From Syntrophobacterales bacterium (lineage in GTDB: Bacteria; Desulfobacterota; Desulfobaccia; Desulfobaccales; 0-14-0-80-60-11), in assembly GCA_023512475.1 (NCBI GenBank), contig JAILZL010000003.1, positions 54,845 through 118,844 on the forward strand: a stretch of DNA of 64,000 nt, written 5' to 3'. The first letter of the stretch is position 1. The number at the start of each line of letters is the position of its first letter. The notes beneath the pieces were generated by a model. The model saw only the letters and a program-made list of their open reading frames with translations, did not search any database and was not told the DNA's origin. Made by a program: the position numbers and the translations under genes. Positions 46,904 through 57,055 of this stretch are shown in pieces.

Positions 46904-48538
46904 ATGAGTCTTCCGAAGCCTGAAGAACTTGCCCGCGTCAATTACCAGCCCCCGGCCCGGGGCTGGATGGAGGTCAAACCCGATTTTCGCCCCGGCACCT
47001 ACTGCAACGCCGCCTCCCCCAAGTGGCTGGAGTGGATCGATTATCCTTACCCCCGGCAGTGGTCCGTGGCCGAGGAGGACTGGCAGCTCCCGGAGAACTG
47101 GAAGGAGATCGTCCTCGAAGGCATGGAGGACCGCCTGGCCCGCTTCCGCTCCCTCAAGCTCTTCTTTGACATCTGCGTGCGCTGCGGCGCCTGTGCCGAC
47201 AAGTGCCACTTCTTTCTGGGCACCGGCGACCCCAAGAACATGCCGGTGCTGCGGGCGGAACTGCTGCGCAGCGTCTACAAGCGCTACTTCACCCGCATCG
47301 GCAAGGCCCTGGGCGAACTGGTGGGGGCCCGGGACCTGGATGAGAAGGTCATCAAGGAGTGGTTCTTCTACCTCTACCAGTGCACCATCTGCCGGCGCTG
47401 CTCCCTCTTCTGCCCCTATGGCATCGACATGGCGGAGATGACCCTGTTGGGCCGGGAGATGCTGGCCTCCATCGGCATCAACATCGACTGGGCCATGGCC
47501 TCGGTGGCCCAGTGTTACGACAAGGGCAGCCATATCGGCGCCACCCCCCAAGCCTTCAAGGACATGATCGACTTTTTGGCGGAGGAAAACGAGCGCATCA
47601 CCGGCATCAAGACGCCGGTGTCCTACAATCGCAAGGGCGCCGAGATCCTCTTTGTCACCCCCTCCGGCGACTATTTCGCCGACCCCGGGACCTTCACCCT
47701 GATGGGGTATCTGCTGCTCTTCACCTATCTGGACCTGGACTGGACCTTCAGCACCTACGCGGCGGAAGGCGGCAACTTCGGCTGGTTCGTCTCCCATGAG
47801 ATGGGCAAACGCCTCAACGCCAAGATCTACCACGAAGCCGAGCGCCTCAAGGTGAAGTGGATCCTGGGGGGCGAATGCGGCCATATGTGGCGGGTGTGCA
47901 ATCAGTACATGCCCACCTGGTTCGGCCAGGTGCCCAGCTTCCTGGAGGTGCCGGTGTCCCCCGTCACCGGGACGGTGTTTGAAAACGCCCGGGTGCACAA
48001 GATGGTGCACATCTCGGAGTTCACCGCCGATCTCCTCCGGCACAACAAGCTGAAGCTGGACCCGCAGCGCAACGCCCACATCAAGCTCACCTTCCACGAC
48101 TCCTGCAACACCTCCCGGGGCATGGGCATCTTTGAGGAGCCCCGCTACATTATCCAGCATGTGCTGCCGGAGGGCCATTTCTTTGAGATGCCCCCCAACA
48201 CCATCCGGGAGAAGACCTTCTGTTGCGGCAGCTCCAGCGGCATCAACGCCAATGAGAACATGGAGCTGAGGATGCAGGGCGGCTTCCCCCGGGCCAACGC
48301 CGTGCGCTATGTGCATGAGCGCTACGGGGTCAACCACCTGGGCTGCATCTGTGCCCTGGACCGGGCCACCCTGCCCACCCTGCTGCAGTACTGGGTGCCG
48401 GAAGTGGAAGTCACCGGCATCACCGAGCTGGTGGGCAACGCCCTCGTCTTTGAGGGTGAGATCGAGCGCACCACCGACCTCCGGGATCGGGACCTGGTGG
48501 GTGTCGGCGAACAAGAAGGCGGGGAGGAAGAGGAATAA
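46904..48538 (+). CDS. dsrK: DsrMKJOP HdrD-like Fe-S subunit
   Basis: CVRCGACADKCH, CTICRRCSLFCP, GECGH, HDSCN, CCG domain. Confidence 0.96.
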   Translation: MSLPKPEELARVNYQPPARGWMEVKPDFRPGTYCNAASPKWLEWIDYPYPRQWSVAEEDWQLPENWKEIVLEGMEDRLARFRSLKLFFDICVRCGACADKCHFFLGTGDPKNMPVLRAELLRSVYKRYFTRIGKALGELVGARDLDEKVIKEWFFYLYQCTICRRCSLFCPYGIDMAEMTLLGREMLASIGINIDWAMASVAQCYDKGSHIGATPQAFKDMIDFLAEENERITGIKTPVSYNRKGAEILFVTPSGDYFADPGTFTLMGYLLLFTYLDLDWTFSTYAAEGGNFGWFVSHEMGKRLNAKIYHEAERLKVKWILGGECGHMWRVCNQYMPTWFGQVPSFLEVPVSPVTGTVFENARVHKMVHISEFTADLLRHNKLKLDPQRNAHIKLTFHDSCNTSRGMGIFEEPRYIIQHVLPEGHFFEMPPNTIREKTFCCGSSSGINANENMELRMQGGFPRANAVRYVHERYGVNHLGCICALDRATLPTLLQYWVPEVEVTGITELVGNALVFEGEIERTTDLRDRDLVGVGEQEGGEEEE

Positions 48539-49018
48539 ATGGCTGACTATAAGAACGAATTCGGCTGGTTCGCGCCCAAGCCCACCGTGGAGAAGAAGAT
48601 TTACAACCTCACGGCCGTGGCCGTGGGGCTGGGGATCTTCCTGGTGGTGTTCGGCGCCCCCGTGCTCCTGAATATGGGGAAAGTCCATCCGGTGCCCCAG
48701 CCCAGTGTGGACACTCCGGCCATCCAGAAGCTGGCGGAGAAGGAGCGCCAGTGCGTGGAGCCCACCGAGTGGATGCGGGCCAACCACATGCAGCTCCTGT
48801 GGGATTGGCGGGAGCAGGTCGTCCGGACCGGCGAGCGCTATTACACCACCTCCCGGGGGAAGAAGGTATTGGCCAGCCTGTCCAACAACTGCATGGAGTG
48901 CCACACCAACAAGAGCCAATTCTGTGATCAGTGCCACAATTACGTGGCGGTGGCCCCCAACTGCTGGGGCTGCCACCTCCCCAAGGAGCAGAACGTGGCA
49001 AAGGCGGAGGGGAAGTGA
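48539..49018 (+). CDS. dsrJ: DsrMKJOP triheme cytochrome c
   Basis: Three CxxCH motifs (CMECH, CDQCH, CWGCH); CVEP and MRANHM. Confidence 0.96.
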   Translation: MADYKNEFGWFAPKPTVEKKIYNLTAVAVGLGIFLVVFGAPVLLNMGKVHPVPQPSVDTPAIQKLAEKERQCVEPTEWMRANHMQLLWDWREQVVRTGERYYTTSRGKKVLASLSNNCMECHTNKSQFCDQCHNYVAVAPNCWGCHLPKEQNVAKAEGK

Positions 49019-49815
49019 TGGGCATCAACCGACGCGACTTTCTCAAATTGGCCGGCCTGCTGGGGCTGGGTGGCAAAGCGGCCTTTGAACTGGTGCTCCC
49101 CGGGGAGGTGGAGGCGGCGGTGGCCAAGACCCAGGCCGCCGGCACCCGCTGGGCCCTGGTGGTGGACATGCGCAAGCTCACCGACAAGGTGGCGGCCCGC
49201 TGCATCGAGGCCTGCCACACCCTGCACAATGTCCCCAACTACCTGGAGCCCCCGGATCCCAAGCTGGCCCTCTCCGAAGACCTGAAAAACCGCTGGCAGA
49301 TCAAATGGATCTGGACCGACGTCTATGAGCATGCCTTTGTGGGCTTCGAGCAGGATCATCAGTGGGAAAAACTGCAGGGCATGAACTTCCTGCTCCTGTG
49401 CAACCACTGCGACAATCCGCCCTGCGTGAGGGTGTGCCCCACCCAGGCCACCTACCGGCGGCCCGATGGCATCGTCATGATGGACATGCACCGCTGCATC
49501 GGCTGCCGCTTCTGCATGGCCGGCTGCCCCTATGCGGCCCGCAGCTTCAACTGGCGGGACCCCCGGCCCTACATCCCCAAGATCAATCCCGATTATCCCA
49601 CCCGGGAGATCGGGGTGGTGGAGAAATGCCTCCTCTGCGAGGAGCGCCTGGCCCAGGGCCAGCAGCCCGCCTGCGTGGAAGCCTCGGGCGGGGCGTTGAT
49701 CTTCGGCAACCTGAACGAGGAAAATTCCCCGGTGAGGGCCGCCTTGCGGGCGCATTACACCATCCGGCGCAAGCCCTACCTGGGGACCAACCCGCAGGTG
49801 TACTACATCGTGTGA
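49018..49815 (+). CDS. dsrO: DsrMKJOP periplasmic ferredoxin-like subunit
   Basis: Tat motif NRRDFLK; CNHCDNPPCVRVCP, CIGCRFCMAGCP, KCLLC. Confidence 0.95.
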   Translation: MGINRRDFLKLAGLLGLGGKAAFELVLPGEVEAAVAKTQAAGTRWALVVDMRKLTDKVAARCIEACHTLHNVPNYLEPPDPKLALSEDLKNRWQIKWIWTDVYEHAFVGFEQDHQWEKLQGMNFLLLCNHCDNPPCVRVCPTQATYRRPDGIVMMDMHRCIGCRFCMAGCPYAARSFNWRDPRPYIPKINPDYPTREIGVVEKCLLCEERLAQGQQPACVEASGGALIFGNLNEENSPVRAALRAHYTIRRKPYLGTNPQVYYIV

Positions 49816-49822
49816 GGTCATC

Positions 49823-50980
49823 ATGCTGGAATACGCCTTTGTCGGAACCCGACGCTATTACACGCTGCTGGCGGTCCTGGCCACCCTCGCGGCCGTGGGC
49901 TTTCTCGTCTACCTCAAGCAGCTCTCCTTCGGTCTGGGCATCACCGGCATGAGCCGGGACGTCTCCTGGGGCTTCTACATCGCCCAGTTCACCTATCTGG
50001 TCGGCGTGGCGGCCTCCGCGGTGATGGTGGTGCTCCCCTATTATCTCCACGACTACAAGGCCTTCGGCCGGGTCACCATCCTGGGGGAATTTCTGGCGGT
50101 GGCCGCGGTGACCATGTGCCTGCTGTTCATCATCGTGGACCTGGGGCGGCCGGACCGGCTGTTCAATCTCATCAAGTACCCCACCCCCAACTCGGTGCTC
50201 TTCTGGGACATGATCGTCTTAAACGGCTATCTGTTCCTCAATATCATCTGCGGCTGGCTGGTACTGGAGGCGGAGCGCAATCAGGTGCCGCCCCCCAAGT
50301 GGCTGAAGCCCCTGATTCTGCTCTCCATCCCCTGGGCGCCCTCCATCCACACCGTCACCGCCTTTCTGTACGCCGGTCTGCCGGGGCGGGGCTACTGGCT
50401 CACCGCCATCATGGCCCCCCGCTTTCTGTCCTCGGCCTTCGCCTCAGGTCCGGCCCTGCTCATCCTGCTGGCCCTGCTGGTGCGGCGCTTTACCCAGTTT
50501 GACCCCGGCCGGGAGCAGATCCAGACCCTGGCCAAGATCGTCACCTACGCCATCCTGGTAAACGTGTTCTTCTTCTTCTGCGAACTCTTCACCGTGTTTT
50601 ACAGCCGCATCCCGGAGCACATGGACCATTTTTACTACCTGTTCTACGGCCTCCAGGGCAAGGGCTGGCTGGTGCCGTGGATGTGGTTCTCCATCGTGGG
50701 CATGTGCATCGCCGCCCTGCTCATGGTGTCGCCCAAAATCCGGCAGAACGAGACCACCCTGGCCCTCACCTGCGGGCTCATCATCATCACCACTTACATT
50801 GACAAGGGCCTGGGCCTGATCAGCGGCGGTTTTGTGCCCAATCCCCTGCACCAGGTGAACGAATACATGCCCACCGTCCCCGAGATTCTCATCACCCTGG
50901 GGGTGTGGGCCACCGGGTTCCTCATCCTCACCATCCTCTACAAGGTGGCGGTGAGCGTGAAGGAGGAGATCCGGGCCTAG
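49823..50980 (+). CDS. dsrP: DsrMKJOP NrfD-type membrane subunit
   Basis: ITGMSRDVSWG, VDLGRPDR, SIHTVTAFL, APRFLSSAFASG. Confidence 0.96.
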   Translation: MLEYAFVGTRRYYTLLAVLATLAAVGFLVYLKQLSFGLGITGMSRDVSWGFYIAQFTYLVGVAASAVMVVLPYYLHDYKAFGRVTILGEFLAVAAVTMCLLFIIVDLGRPDRLFNLIKYPTPNSVLFWDMIVLNGYLFLNIICGWLVLEAERNQVPPPKWLKPLILLSIPWAPSIHTVTAFLYAGLPGRGYWLTAIMAPRFLSSAFASGPALLILLALLVRRFTQFDPGREQIQTLAKIVTYAILVNVFFFFCELFTVFYSRIPEHMDHFYYLFYGLQGKGWLVPWMWFSIVGMCIAALLMVSPKIRQNETTLALTCGLIIITTYIDKGLGLISGGFVPNPLHQVNEYMPTVPEILITLGVWATGFLILTILYKVAVSVKEEIRA

Positions 50981-51072
50981 CGGGCCAGTCCGGCCACGGA
51001 CCGGGGCGGGATGGGCGGCTGGCCCGCCCCGACCGCCGCAGCTGTGAATTCGTGCATATGGGAGGCCTCCCT

Positions 51073-51540
51073 ATGGAAGTGAAGACCATCCTCTGGCCCA
51101 CCGACCTGTCCAGGAACTCCCTCAAGGCCCTGCGCCATGTGGTGTCCCTGGCGGAGAAATACGGCGCCAAGGTCGTGGTGCTCTATGTGGGCACCGATCT
51201 GACCGGCATGCTCACCGCCTACGGCTACCCCAATGAGGAGCATCTGCAGCACTTCCGGGAATGGGAACTCAAGCATGCCCGGGAAGAGATCCAGAAGTTA
51301 TGCGCGCCGGAGCTGAAAGCCTGCCGCTCTCTGGAAATCAAACTGGTGGAGGGGGACGCGGCCACAGAAATCCTGAAGACGGCAGACGAGGTCCAGGCGG
51401 ATATGATCGTGCTCACCACCCATGGCCGGGGGCATGGGGAGCTGGATCAGCGCACCCCGGCCTTCGGCAGTGTAGCCGCCAAGGTGGTCCGGGGCGCCAA
51501 GGTCCCCATCCACATCGTCAATCCCTTTATGGAGAGCTGA
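51073..51540 (+). CDS. Universal stress protein (USP 3)
   Basis: ILWPTDLS, DMIVLTTHG, FGSVAAKVV; GGAGG site. Confidence 0.93.
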   Translation: MEVKTILWPTDLSRNSLKALRHVVSLAEKYGAKVVVLYVGTDLTGMLTAYGYPNEEHLQHFREWELKHAREEIQKLCAPELKACRSLEIKLVEGDAATEILKTADEVQADMIVLTTHGRGHGELDQRTPAFGSVAAKVVRGAKVPIHIVNPFMES

Positions 51541-51564
51541 CCGGCGGCCAGGCCAGACAACCCC

Positions 51565-51594
51565 GGGGCCTGAAAAGGCCCCTTTTTCTTTTTT
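51565..51594 (+). terminator. Rho-independent terminator after USP 3
   Basis: GGGGCC-TGAAAA-GGCCCC followed by a T-rich tract. Confidence 0.75.
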
Positions 51595-51652
51595 GGCCCT
51601 TGGGGGTAACCCGAAAAATGAGCTGGGACAGTCCGGAAGGGTCCCCCCTCTT

Positions 51653-52369
51653 TCAGGGGCCGGCCAGCAGGCGGGCGAATCTTTGGGCGTCCTCCCACAT
51701 GCTCAGGTTATTGAAGAGCACGTAGGCCTCCTGCCGCTCCTTTACCAGACGGGCCAGCTGCGCCAGGTCCGCATCGGTGTAGCGGTAGCGGTACCCGCCT
51801 TGGCCGTGGAGGCGGAAATACGCCAGGGGCCCGGGGAAGGATGGTGTAGCCAGGGGGTCCACCACCGGCAGGAGCCTGAGCTCCCGGCACAGCCGCTCCA
51901 CCTCCTCCCGGGGCCAGGCGCCCCGGGGCTCCCAGGCCAGGAGGAGATCGTCCCGGGTAATGCCCCGGAAGAAGGCGGTGAGATGCTCCCGGTGTTCCGG
52001 GGTGGGGGTGAAGGAAGCGGGGCACTGGAAGACCACCACCCGGGCCTCGAGGGCGGCGGCCACCTCCCGGGTCACCTCCCAGGCCTCCCTCACCACCTGA
52101 GTGGGCCGGAAGGCCCCGGCCTGCCGGCGCTCCGCCTCGCTTAAGGGCCGCGTCAGGCGCCGGTAGGTGGGGCTTTTGGCTTCGTGGGTGATGAGCTGCC
52201 AGGCCTTGAGGGTGAAGCAGGCCTCCGGGGGCGCCTCCTGCCGCCAGCGCCGGGCGGTCTCGGCCCTGGGGGGCTGGTAGAAGGTCTGCTGGATCTCCAC
52301 CAGCTGCAGATGCCGGAAATACTCCCGCCGGTTGACGGGAAAGCCGCAGCAGCCGACCTTGATGGTCAT
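51653..52369 (-). CDS. DUF72 family protein
   Basis: VGCCGF, VEIQQTFY, FQCPASF, WEPR, YFRLHG, VLFNN. Confidence 0.92.
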   Translation of the reverse strand: MTIKVGCCGFPVNRREYFRHLQLVEIQQTFYQPPRAETARRWRQEAPPEACFTLKAWQLITHEAKSPTYRRLTRPLSEAERRQAGAFRPTQVVREAWEVTREVAAALEARVVVFQCPASFTPTPEHREHLTAFFRGITRDDLLLAWEPRGAWPREEVERLCRELRLLPVVDPLATPSFPGPLAYFRLHGQGGYRYRYTDADLAQLARLVKERQEAYVLFNNLSMWEDAQRFARLLAGP

Positions 52370-52426
52370 GGCGGTCTTTGAGCCTCACGGGCCCCGGTCA
52401 AAGGAGGGCGGGAAGAGAGCCCGCCG

Positions 52427-52951
52427 TCACCACAGCCGGGCCTTCAGGGCCTCCCAGAGGGCGGTGAAGAAGGCCACCGCCGCCGGATCCCGGTGGGTTG
52501 CGTCCCACAGGTGCCGGGCCCAGCCCACCTGGGCCAGGGCGTACACCCCTGCCGCCACCTGCCCCACCGCCACGTAGCCCACCGCCACCTGGCCCACGGC
52601 GACCAGGACGCTCACCGCCACCTGGGCCAGGGCGGTGCCCCCCAGGATGAATTGGCCTGCTCCGAAGAGCACCCCCACCCCGAACTGGGCCACGGTGATA
52701 AGTCCCACCCCGAACTGGCCCACCGCGATGATGCCCTTGGCCACCCGCAGGCGGCCCTCTGGGTTACGCCCCACGGCCACGTGCACCACCGGCCAGCCCG
52801 CGATCTCCCGCTGGGAGCGCCATTCAAAGCCCCAACTCCCCCGCCAGGGCCGGCGGGGGGCCGCCCCGGGACTCGGCGCCCCGCAGTGGGGACAGCTGAG
52901 GGCCTCGGTGCTGAGCTCCCGGCCGCACTCCCGGCAGGGGGTGAGGCTCAT
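52427..52951 (-). CDS. Zinc-ribbon protein with Gly-rich hydrophobic repeats
   Basis: CRECG...CPHCGAP N-terminus; repeated (A/T)(V/L)(G/A)Q(F/V)(G/A) units. Confidence 0.75.
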   Translation of the reverse strand: MSLTPCRECGRELSTEALSCPHCGAPSPGAAPRRPWRGSWGFEWRSQREIAGWPVVHVAVGRNPEGRLRVAKGIIAVGQFGVGLITVAQFGVGVLFGAGQFILGGTALAQVAVSVLVAVGQVAVGYVAVGQVAAGVYALAQVGWARHLWDATHRDPAAVAFFTALWEALKARLW

Positions 52952-52979
52952 AATTCTCCCTCCATCCGGGGAGCACCCG

Positions 52980-53171
52980 TCAATGAAAATCCAGCTCGTC
53001 CTTTTCCACCGTGATCAGGGCTGCCTGCTCCCGGCCGCAGCAGGAGAACACGGCCCGCCAATGGGTGAAAAAGGCCTCTGCGGCCAGGGGTTCCGGGGTC
53101 ACCGGCCGCCACCTGCCGCAGAGCTCGCAGCGCCCCCAAAAAAGGCCGTTTTCCCACTTGCCCGCCGCCAT
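52980..53171 (-). CDS. Small cysteine-containing hypothetical protein (63 aa)
   Basis: AAGGA site; MAAGKWENGLFWGRCELCG...SCCG...DELDFH. Confidence 0.55.
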   Translation of the reverse strand: MAAGKWENGLFWGRCELCGRWRPVTPEPLAAEAFFTHWRAVFSCCGREQAALITVEKDELDFH

Positions 53172-53403
53172 CACGTCCTTTTTCCGCCCTGGGGGGCAGG
53201 GCCTCCTCCCGAAATCCCATGCATCTCCGGGCCTGGCGTGGGATAATAATACCACATGCCGGCGGGCGGCGGGGCACAGGTCAGGAAAGGCGGCAGAAAA
53301 AAGGACGCCTGGCCCAGGGGCCGGGAGTCCCGGGTGGTGCCGCCTCTTCCCCGGTCTGGGAGGCCGCGGCCCCGGCAGGCGAAAAAGGAGGGGAGGCATA
53401 ACC

Positions 53404-54552
53404 ATGGCGGCGCCCGCGGCCGGTCGCACCGGTCTCACCCTGTTTCGGATCGCCGGGATCCGCATCACCCTGGATTTTTCCTGGTTTGTGGTCTTCACCC
53501 TGGTCCTGGTGGCCCTGGCGGTGGGGTATTTCCCCCGGAATTTCCCGGGGCATGACACCCAGGCGTACTGGCTGGCGGGACTGGCGGCCACCCTGTTGTT
53601 TTTCACCTCCGTCCTGCTTCACGAGCTGACCCATTCCCTGGTGGCCAAAAGAAACGGTCTGGAGATTCCCGAGATCACCCTGTTTATTTTCGGTGGGGTG
53701 GCCAAAATGGGGGAGGAGCCCAAAGATCCCCGGGTGGAGCTCAAGGTGGCCATTGTGGGCCCGCTGTGCAGCTTTGCTCTGGCCGCCTTCTTCGGCCTGG
53801 CGAAAGGTGTCCTGGCGGGCTTCGCCTCCGCCTTGACGGTGGCGGTGGCCGGCTACCTTGCCTGGATCAACCTGGCCCTGGGGTTTTTCAACCTCATCCC
53901 CGGCTTCCCCCTGGACGGCGGCCGGGTGCTGCGGGCCATCCTGTGGTGGCGCACCGGCTCCCAGACCTATGCCACCAAGGTGGCCAGCGACATCGGCAAG
54001 GGCTTTGCCGTGGCCCTGATGCTGTTGGGGGCCCTGCAGATCTTCGCCGGCGCCCTCATCAACGGCCTGTGGCTCCTGTTCATCGGCATGTTTCTGAGGA
54101 GCATGTCCGCCCATGGCTACGAGGAGCTGGTCATCCGCAAGGCCCTGGAGAGCGTACCCCTCCGGGAGGTCATGGTGCGGGAGGTGGTCCAGGTGCCCCC
54201 GGATCTGCCCATTTCCCAGCTGGTGCAGGACTATATCCTGCGCTACGGCTACCGGGGCTTCCCGGTGGCGGAGGACGGCCGCATCGTGGGGGTGGTGAGC
54301 CTGAACGAGGTGCGGGAGGTGCCCCGGCCGCGTCAGGACGAGGTCCGGGTCCGGGATATCATGCTGCCCCTGTCCGAGGATCTCATCATTGATCCGGAGG
54401 CCACCCTGGCCCAGGCCCTGGCCCGCATGCTGAAAAGCGGCGAAGAGCGCCTTCTGGTGATGGCCGACGGCCGCCTGACGGGTCTCATCACCAAAACCGG
54501 ACTCCTCCGGTTCGTGCAGATCAAGCAGGTGCTGGGGGAGGCGGCGGCCTGA
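53404..54552 (+). CDS. Site-2 protease (peptidase M50) with CBS pair
   Basis: HELTH, NLIPGFPLDGGR, two C-terminal CBS repeats. Confidence 0.95.
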   Translation: MAAPAAGRTGLTLFRIAGIRITLDFSWFVVFTLVLVALAVGYFPRNFPGHDTQAYWLAGLAATLLFFTSVLLHELTHSLVAKRNGLEIPEITLFIFGGVAKMGEEPKDPRVELKVAIVGPLCSFALAAFFGLAKGVLAGFASALTVAVAGYLAWINLALGFFNLIPGFPLDGGRVLRAILWWRTGSQTYATKVASDIGKGFAVALMLLGALQIFAGALINGLWLLFIGMFLRSMSAHGYEELVIRKALESVPLREVMVREVVQVPPDLPISQLVQDYILRYGYRGFPVAEDGRIVGVVSLNEVREVPRPRQDEVRVRDIMLPLSEDLIIDPEATLAQALARMLKSGEERLLVMADGRLTGLITKTGLLRFVQIKQVLGEAAA

Positions 54553-54559
54553 GGGCGCA

Positions 54560-55147
54560 ATGCCTGGACACTGCCGCAGCCGGGGTCGCGCCCCGGGAGT
54601 CCGGGTCCAGGGGCGGCCTGGGGCGAGGTTCTTTTTGGGGGTGGCCCTCCTGGGGTGGTTCCTGGTGGGCCTGATGGCTGCGCCGGCTGCGGCCCAGGTC
54701 AGCGCCACCCTCTCCTGCAAGTCCTGGCCGCCCGGCTACTTCCTCCGGGACTTCTCCCCGTCGCCGGCCCGTCGCCAGACCCTCCTCATCCACATCGCCC
54801 GGGAGCTGGAAGGCCTGAACGCCCGGGGGGAGTGCCTGGTGGTGAAGGGCACCATGCTGGAGCCCCCGGACATCCGGCGCCCCCTTTATGATAAAATAAC
54901 GGTATTGGACGACAGCGGCCTGAAAGTGATAGTCCGGCGGGTGCCCAATCTCTACTACCGCTGGCCCGGCCCCCCGGAGCGGCTCAACCGCAATGTCTAT
55001 CTGGTGGCCCGCCGCCTGAAAGTCCGGGAAGTCGAAAGCCGCCTCAGCGACAGCTTCATCATCGAAGGGGAATTTGTCGCCTACGCCGGCAGATACCTGG
55101 AGGCCCTGGGGGAATCCCTGCGCCGGGGCGCCGGGCCGGAGGACTGA
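54560..55147 (+). CDS. Hypothetical exported protein
   Basis: Hydrophobic signal-like segment ending AAA-Q; host-like codon usage. Start uncertain. Confidence 0.65.
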   Translation: MPGHCRSRGRAPGVRVQGRPGARFFLGVALLGWFLVGLMAAPAAAQVSATLSCKSWPPGYFLRDFSPSPARRQTLLIHIARELEGLNARGECLVVKGTMLEPPDIRRPLYDKITVLDDSGLKVIVRRVPNLYYRWPGPPERLNRNVYLVARRLKVREVESRLSDSFIIEGEFVAYAGRYLEALGESLRRGAGPED

Positions 55148-55258
55148 GGGCTCACTTTTCCCGGCGGGCGGATTCCCGGACCGGGGGGCTTCCTTATCCT
55201 GGTGCGGTTTCCAGGGGGGCAGGTTTGATGCCCCCGGGGGGCGCCTGACACTTTTTTT

Positions 55259-57055
55259 ATGCAGCAGATTCGCAACTTCAGCATCATCGCCCACATTGAC
55301 CATGGGAAGTCCACCCTGGCGGACCGCCTCATCCAGGCCACCATCATGGTGCCGGAGCGGCTGCGCCGGGACCAGATGCTGGACACCATGGATCTGGAAC
55401 GGGAGCGGGGCATCACCATCAAGAGCAACACCATCACCCTGCCCTATGTGGCGGCGGACGGGCAGGAGTACGCCCTCAACCTCATCGACACCCCGGGGCA
55501 TGTGGATTTTTCCTATGAGGTCTCCCGGGCCCTGGCCTCCTGCGAGGGGGTGCTCCTGCTGGTGGACGCCTCCCAGGGGGTGGAGGCCCAGACCCTGGCC
55601 AACCTCTACCTCGCCCTGGAGCACGACCTGGCCATCATCCCGGTGATCAACAAGATTGACCTGCCCCAGGCGGACATTCCCGGGACCAAGGAGCAGATCC
55701 GCCGGGAGCTGGGGCTGGACCCGGAGAGCGCGGTGCTCTGCTCCGCCAAGGAGGGGATCGGCATCACCGAGGTCCTGGAGGCCATCGTCCGGCGCATCCC
55801 GCCCCCCCGGGGCAGCCCCGAGGAGCCGTTGCGGGCCCTGATCTTCGACGCCCAGTATGATTCCTTCCGGGGCACGGTGGTGAGCCTGAGGCTCTTTGAC
55901 GGCGAGGTCCGGCCCGGGGATGTCATCCGCCTCATGTCCACCCGGGCCACCTACAAGGTGGAGGAGGTGGGCCTCTTCGGCCTCAGCCGCCAGCCCGCGG
56001 CCAGGCTCCGCGCCGGCCAGGTGGGCTATCTCATCGCCGGCATCAAGCAGGTGAGCGACACCCGCATCGGCGACACCATCACCCTGGACGCCCGCCCCGC
56101 CGCCGCGCCGCTTCCCGGCTTCAAGGAGGTGAAGCCGGTGGTCTTCGCCTCCATCTACCCGGTGAGCAACGACGACTACCCGGCCCTGGCCGACGCCCTG
56201 GAGAAATACAAGCTCAACGACGCCTCCCTGGTGTACCAGAAGGACTCCTCCGCCGCCCTGGGGCAGGGGTTCCGCTGCGGCTTTCTGGGGCTGCTGCACC
56301 TGGAGATCGTCCAGGAGCGCCTGGCCCGGGAGTTCGGCCAGTCCCTCATCATGACGGTGCCGGGGGTGCGCTATGAGTTCACCCTCACCGACGGCACCAC
56401 CCTGGCGGTGGACAACCCCCAGCACTATCCGGACCCGGTGAAGATCAAGGAGACCCGGGAGCCCTATATCCGGGCCTCCATCATCATTCCGGAGCGCTAT
56501 GTGGGCGCGGTGATGAAACTCTGCCTGGAGCGCCGGGGGGTCAACCCCCATTTCATCAACCCCTCCCCCGGCCGGGTGGAGCTGCGCTATGACCTGCCCC
56601 TGGCGGAGGTCATCATCGACTTCTACGACAAGCTGAAAAGCGTCACCCAGGGCTACGGCTCCTTCGATTATGAGCTCATCGGCTACCGGCCCAGCGATCT
56701 GGTGAAGCTGGACATCCTGCTGAACGGCGAGAAGGTGGACGCCCTGTCCATGATCGTGCACCGGGAACGGGCCCGGGAATGGGCCGTCCGGGTGTGCGAG
56801 CGCCTCAAGGAGGAGATCCCCCGGCAGCAGTTCAAGATCGCCATCCAGGGGGCCATCGGCGGCAAGGTCATCGCCCGGGAGACCATCAGCGCCTTCCGGA
56901 AGGACGTCACCGCCAAATGCTATGGGGGCGACGTCACCCGCAAGCGCAAGCTCCTGGAACGACAAAAGGAAGGGAAGAAGCGCCTGAAAATGGTGGGCTC
57001 CGTCACCATCCCCCAGAGCGCCTTTGTGGCGGTGCTGAAGACCAAAAATGAGTGA
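55259..57055 (+). CDS. lepA: Elongation factor 4
   Basis: [45 protein letters not shown]. Confidence 0.99.
   Translation: MQQIRNFSIIAHIDHGKSTLADRLIQATIMVPERLRRDQMLDTMDLERERGITIKSNTITLPYVAADGQEYALNLIDTPGHVDFSYEVSRALASCEGVLLLVDASQGVEAQTLANLYLALEHDLAIIPVINKIDLPQADIPGTKEQIRRELGLDPESAVLCSAKEGIGITEVLEAIVRRIPPPRGSPEEPLRALIFDAQYDSFRGTVVSLRLFDGEVRPGDVIRLMSTRATYKVEEVGLFGLSRQPAARLRAGQVGYLIAGIKQVSDTRIGDTITLDARPAAAPLPGFKEVKPVVFASIYPVSNDDYPALADALEKYKLNDASLVYQKDSSAALGQGFRCGFLGLLHLEIVQERLAREFGQSLIMTVPGVRYEFTLTDGTTLAVDNPQHYPDPVKIKETREPYIRASIIIPERYVGAVMKLCLERRGVNPHFINPSPGRVELRYDLPLAEVIIDFYDKLKSVTQGYGSFDYELIGYRPSDLVKLDILLNGEKVDALSMIVHRERAREWAVRVCERLKEEIPRQQFKIAIQGAIGGKVIARETISAFRKDVTAKCYGGDVTRKRKLLERQKEGKKRLKMVGSVTIPQSAFVAVLKTKNE

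Noticed and set aside
45755-48976. 1073-aa minus-strand ORF
   Set aside because: Antisense shadow of dsrMKJ.
49018-49815. DsrO missing the first Cys pair and final Cys of one Fe-S motif
   Set aside because: DsrO proteins with three rather than four clusters are known; not evidence of decay.
52980-52982. TGA stop of the 63-aa Cys protein as a possible Sec codon or fusion
   Set aside because: The downstream sequence is the next gene's ribosome site, and read-through is out of frame with that gene.
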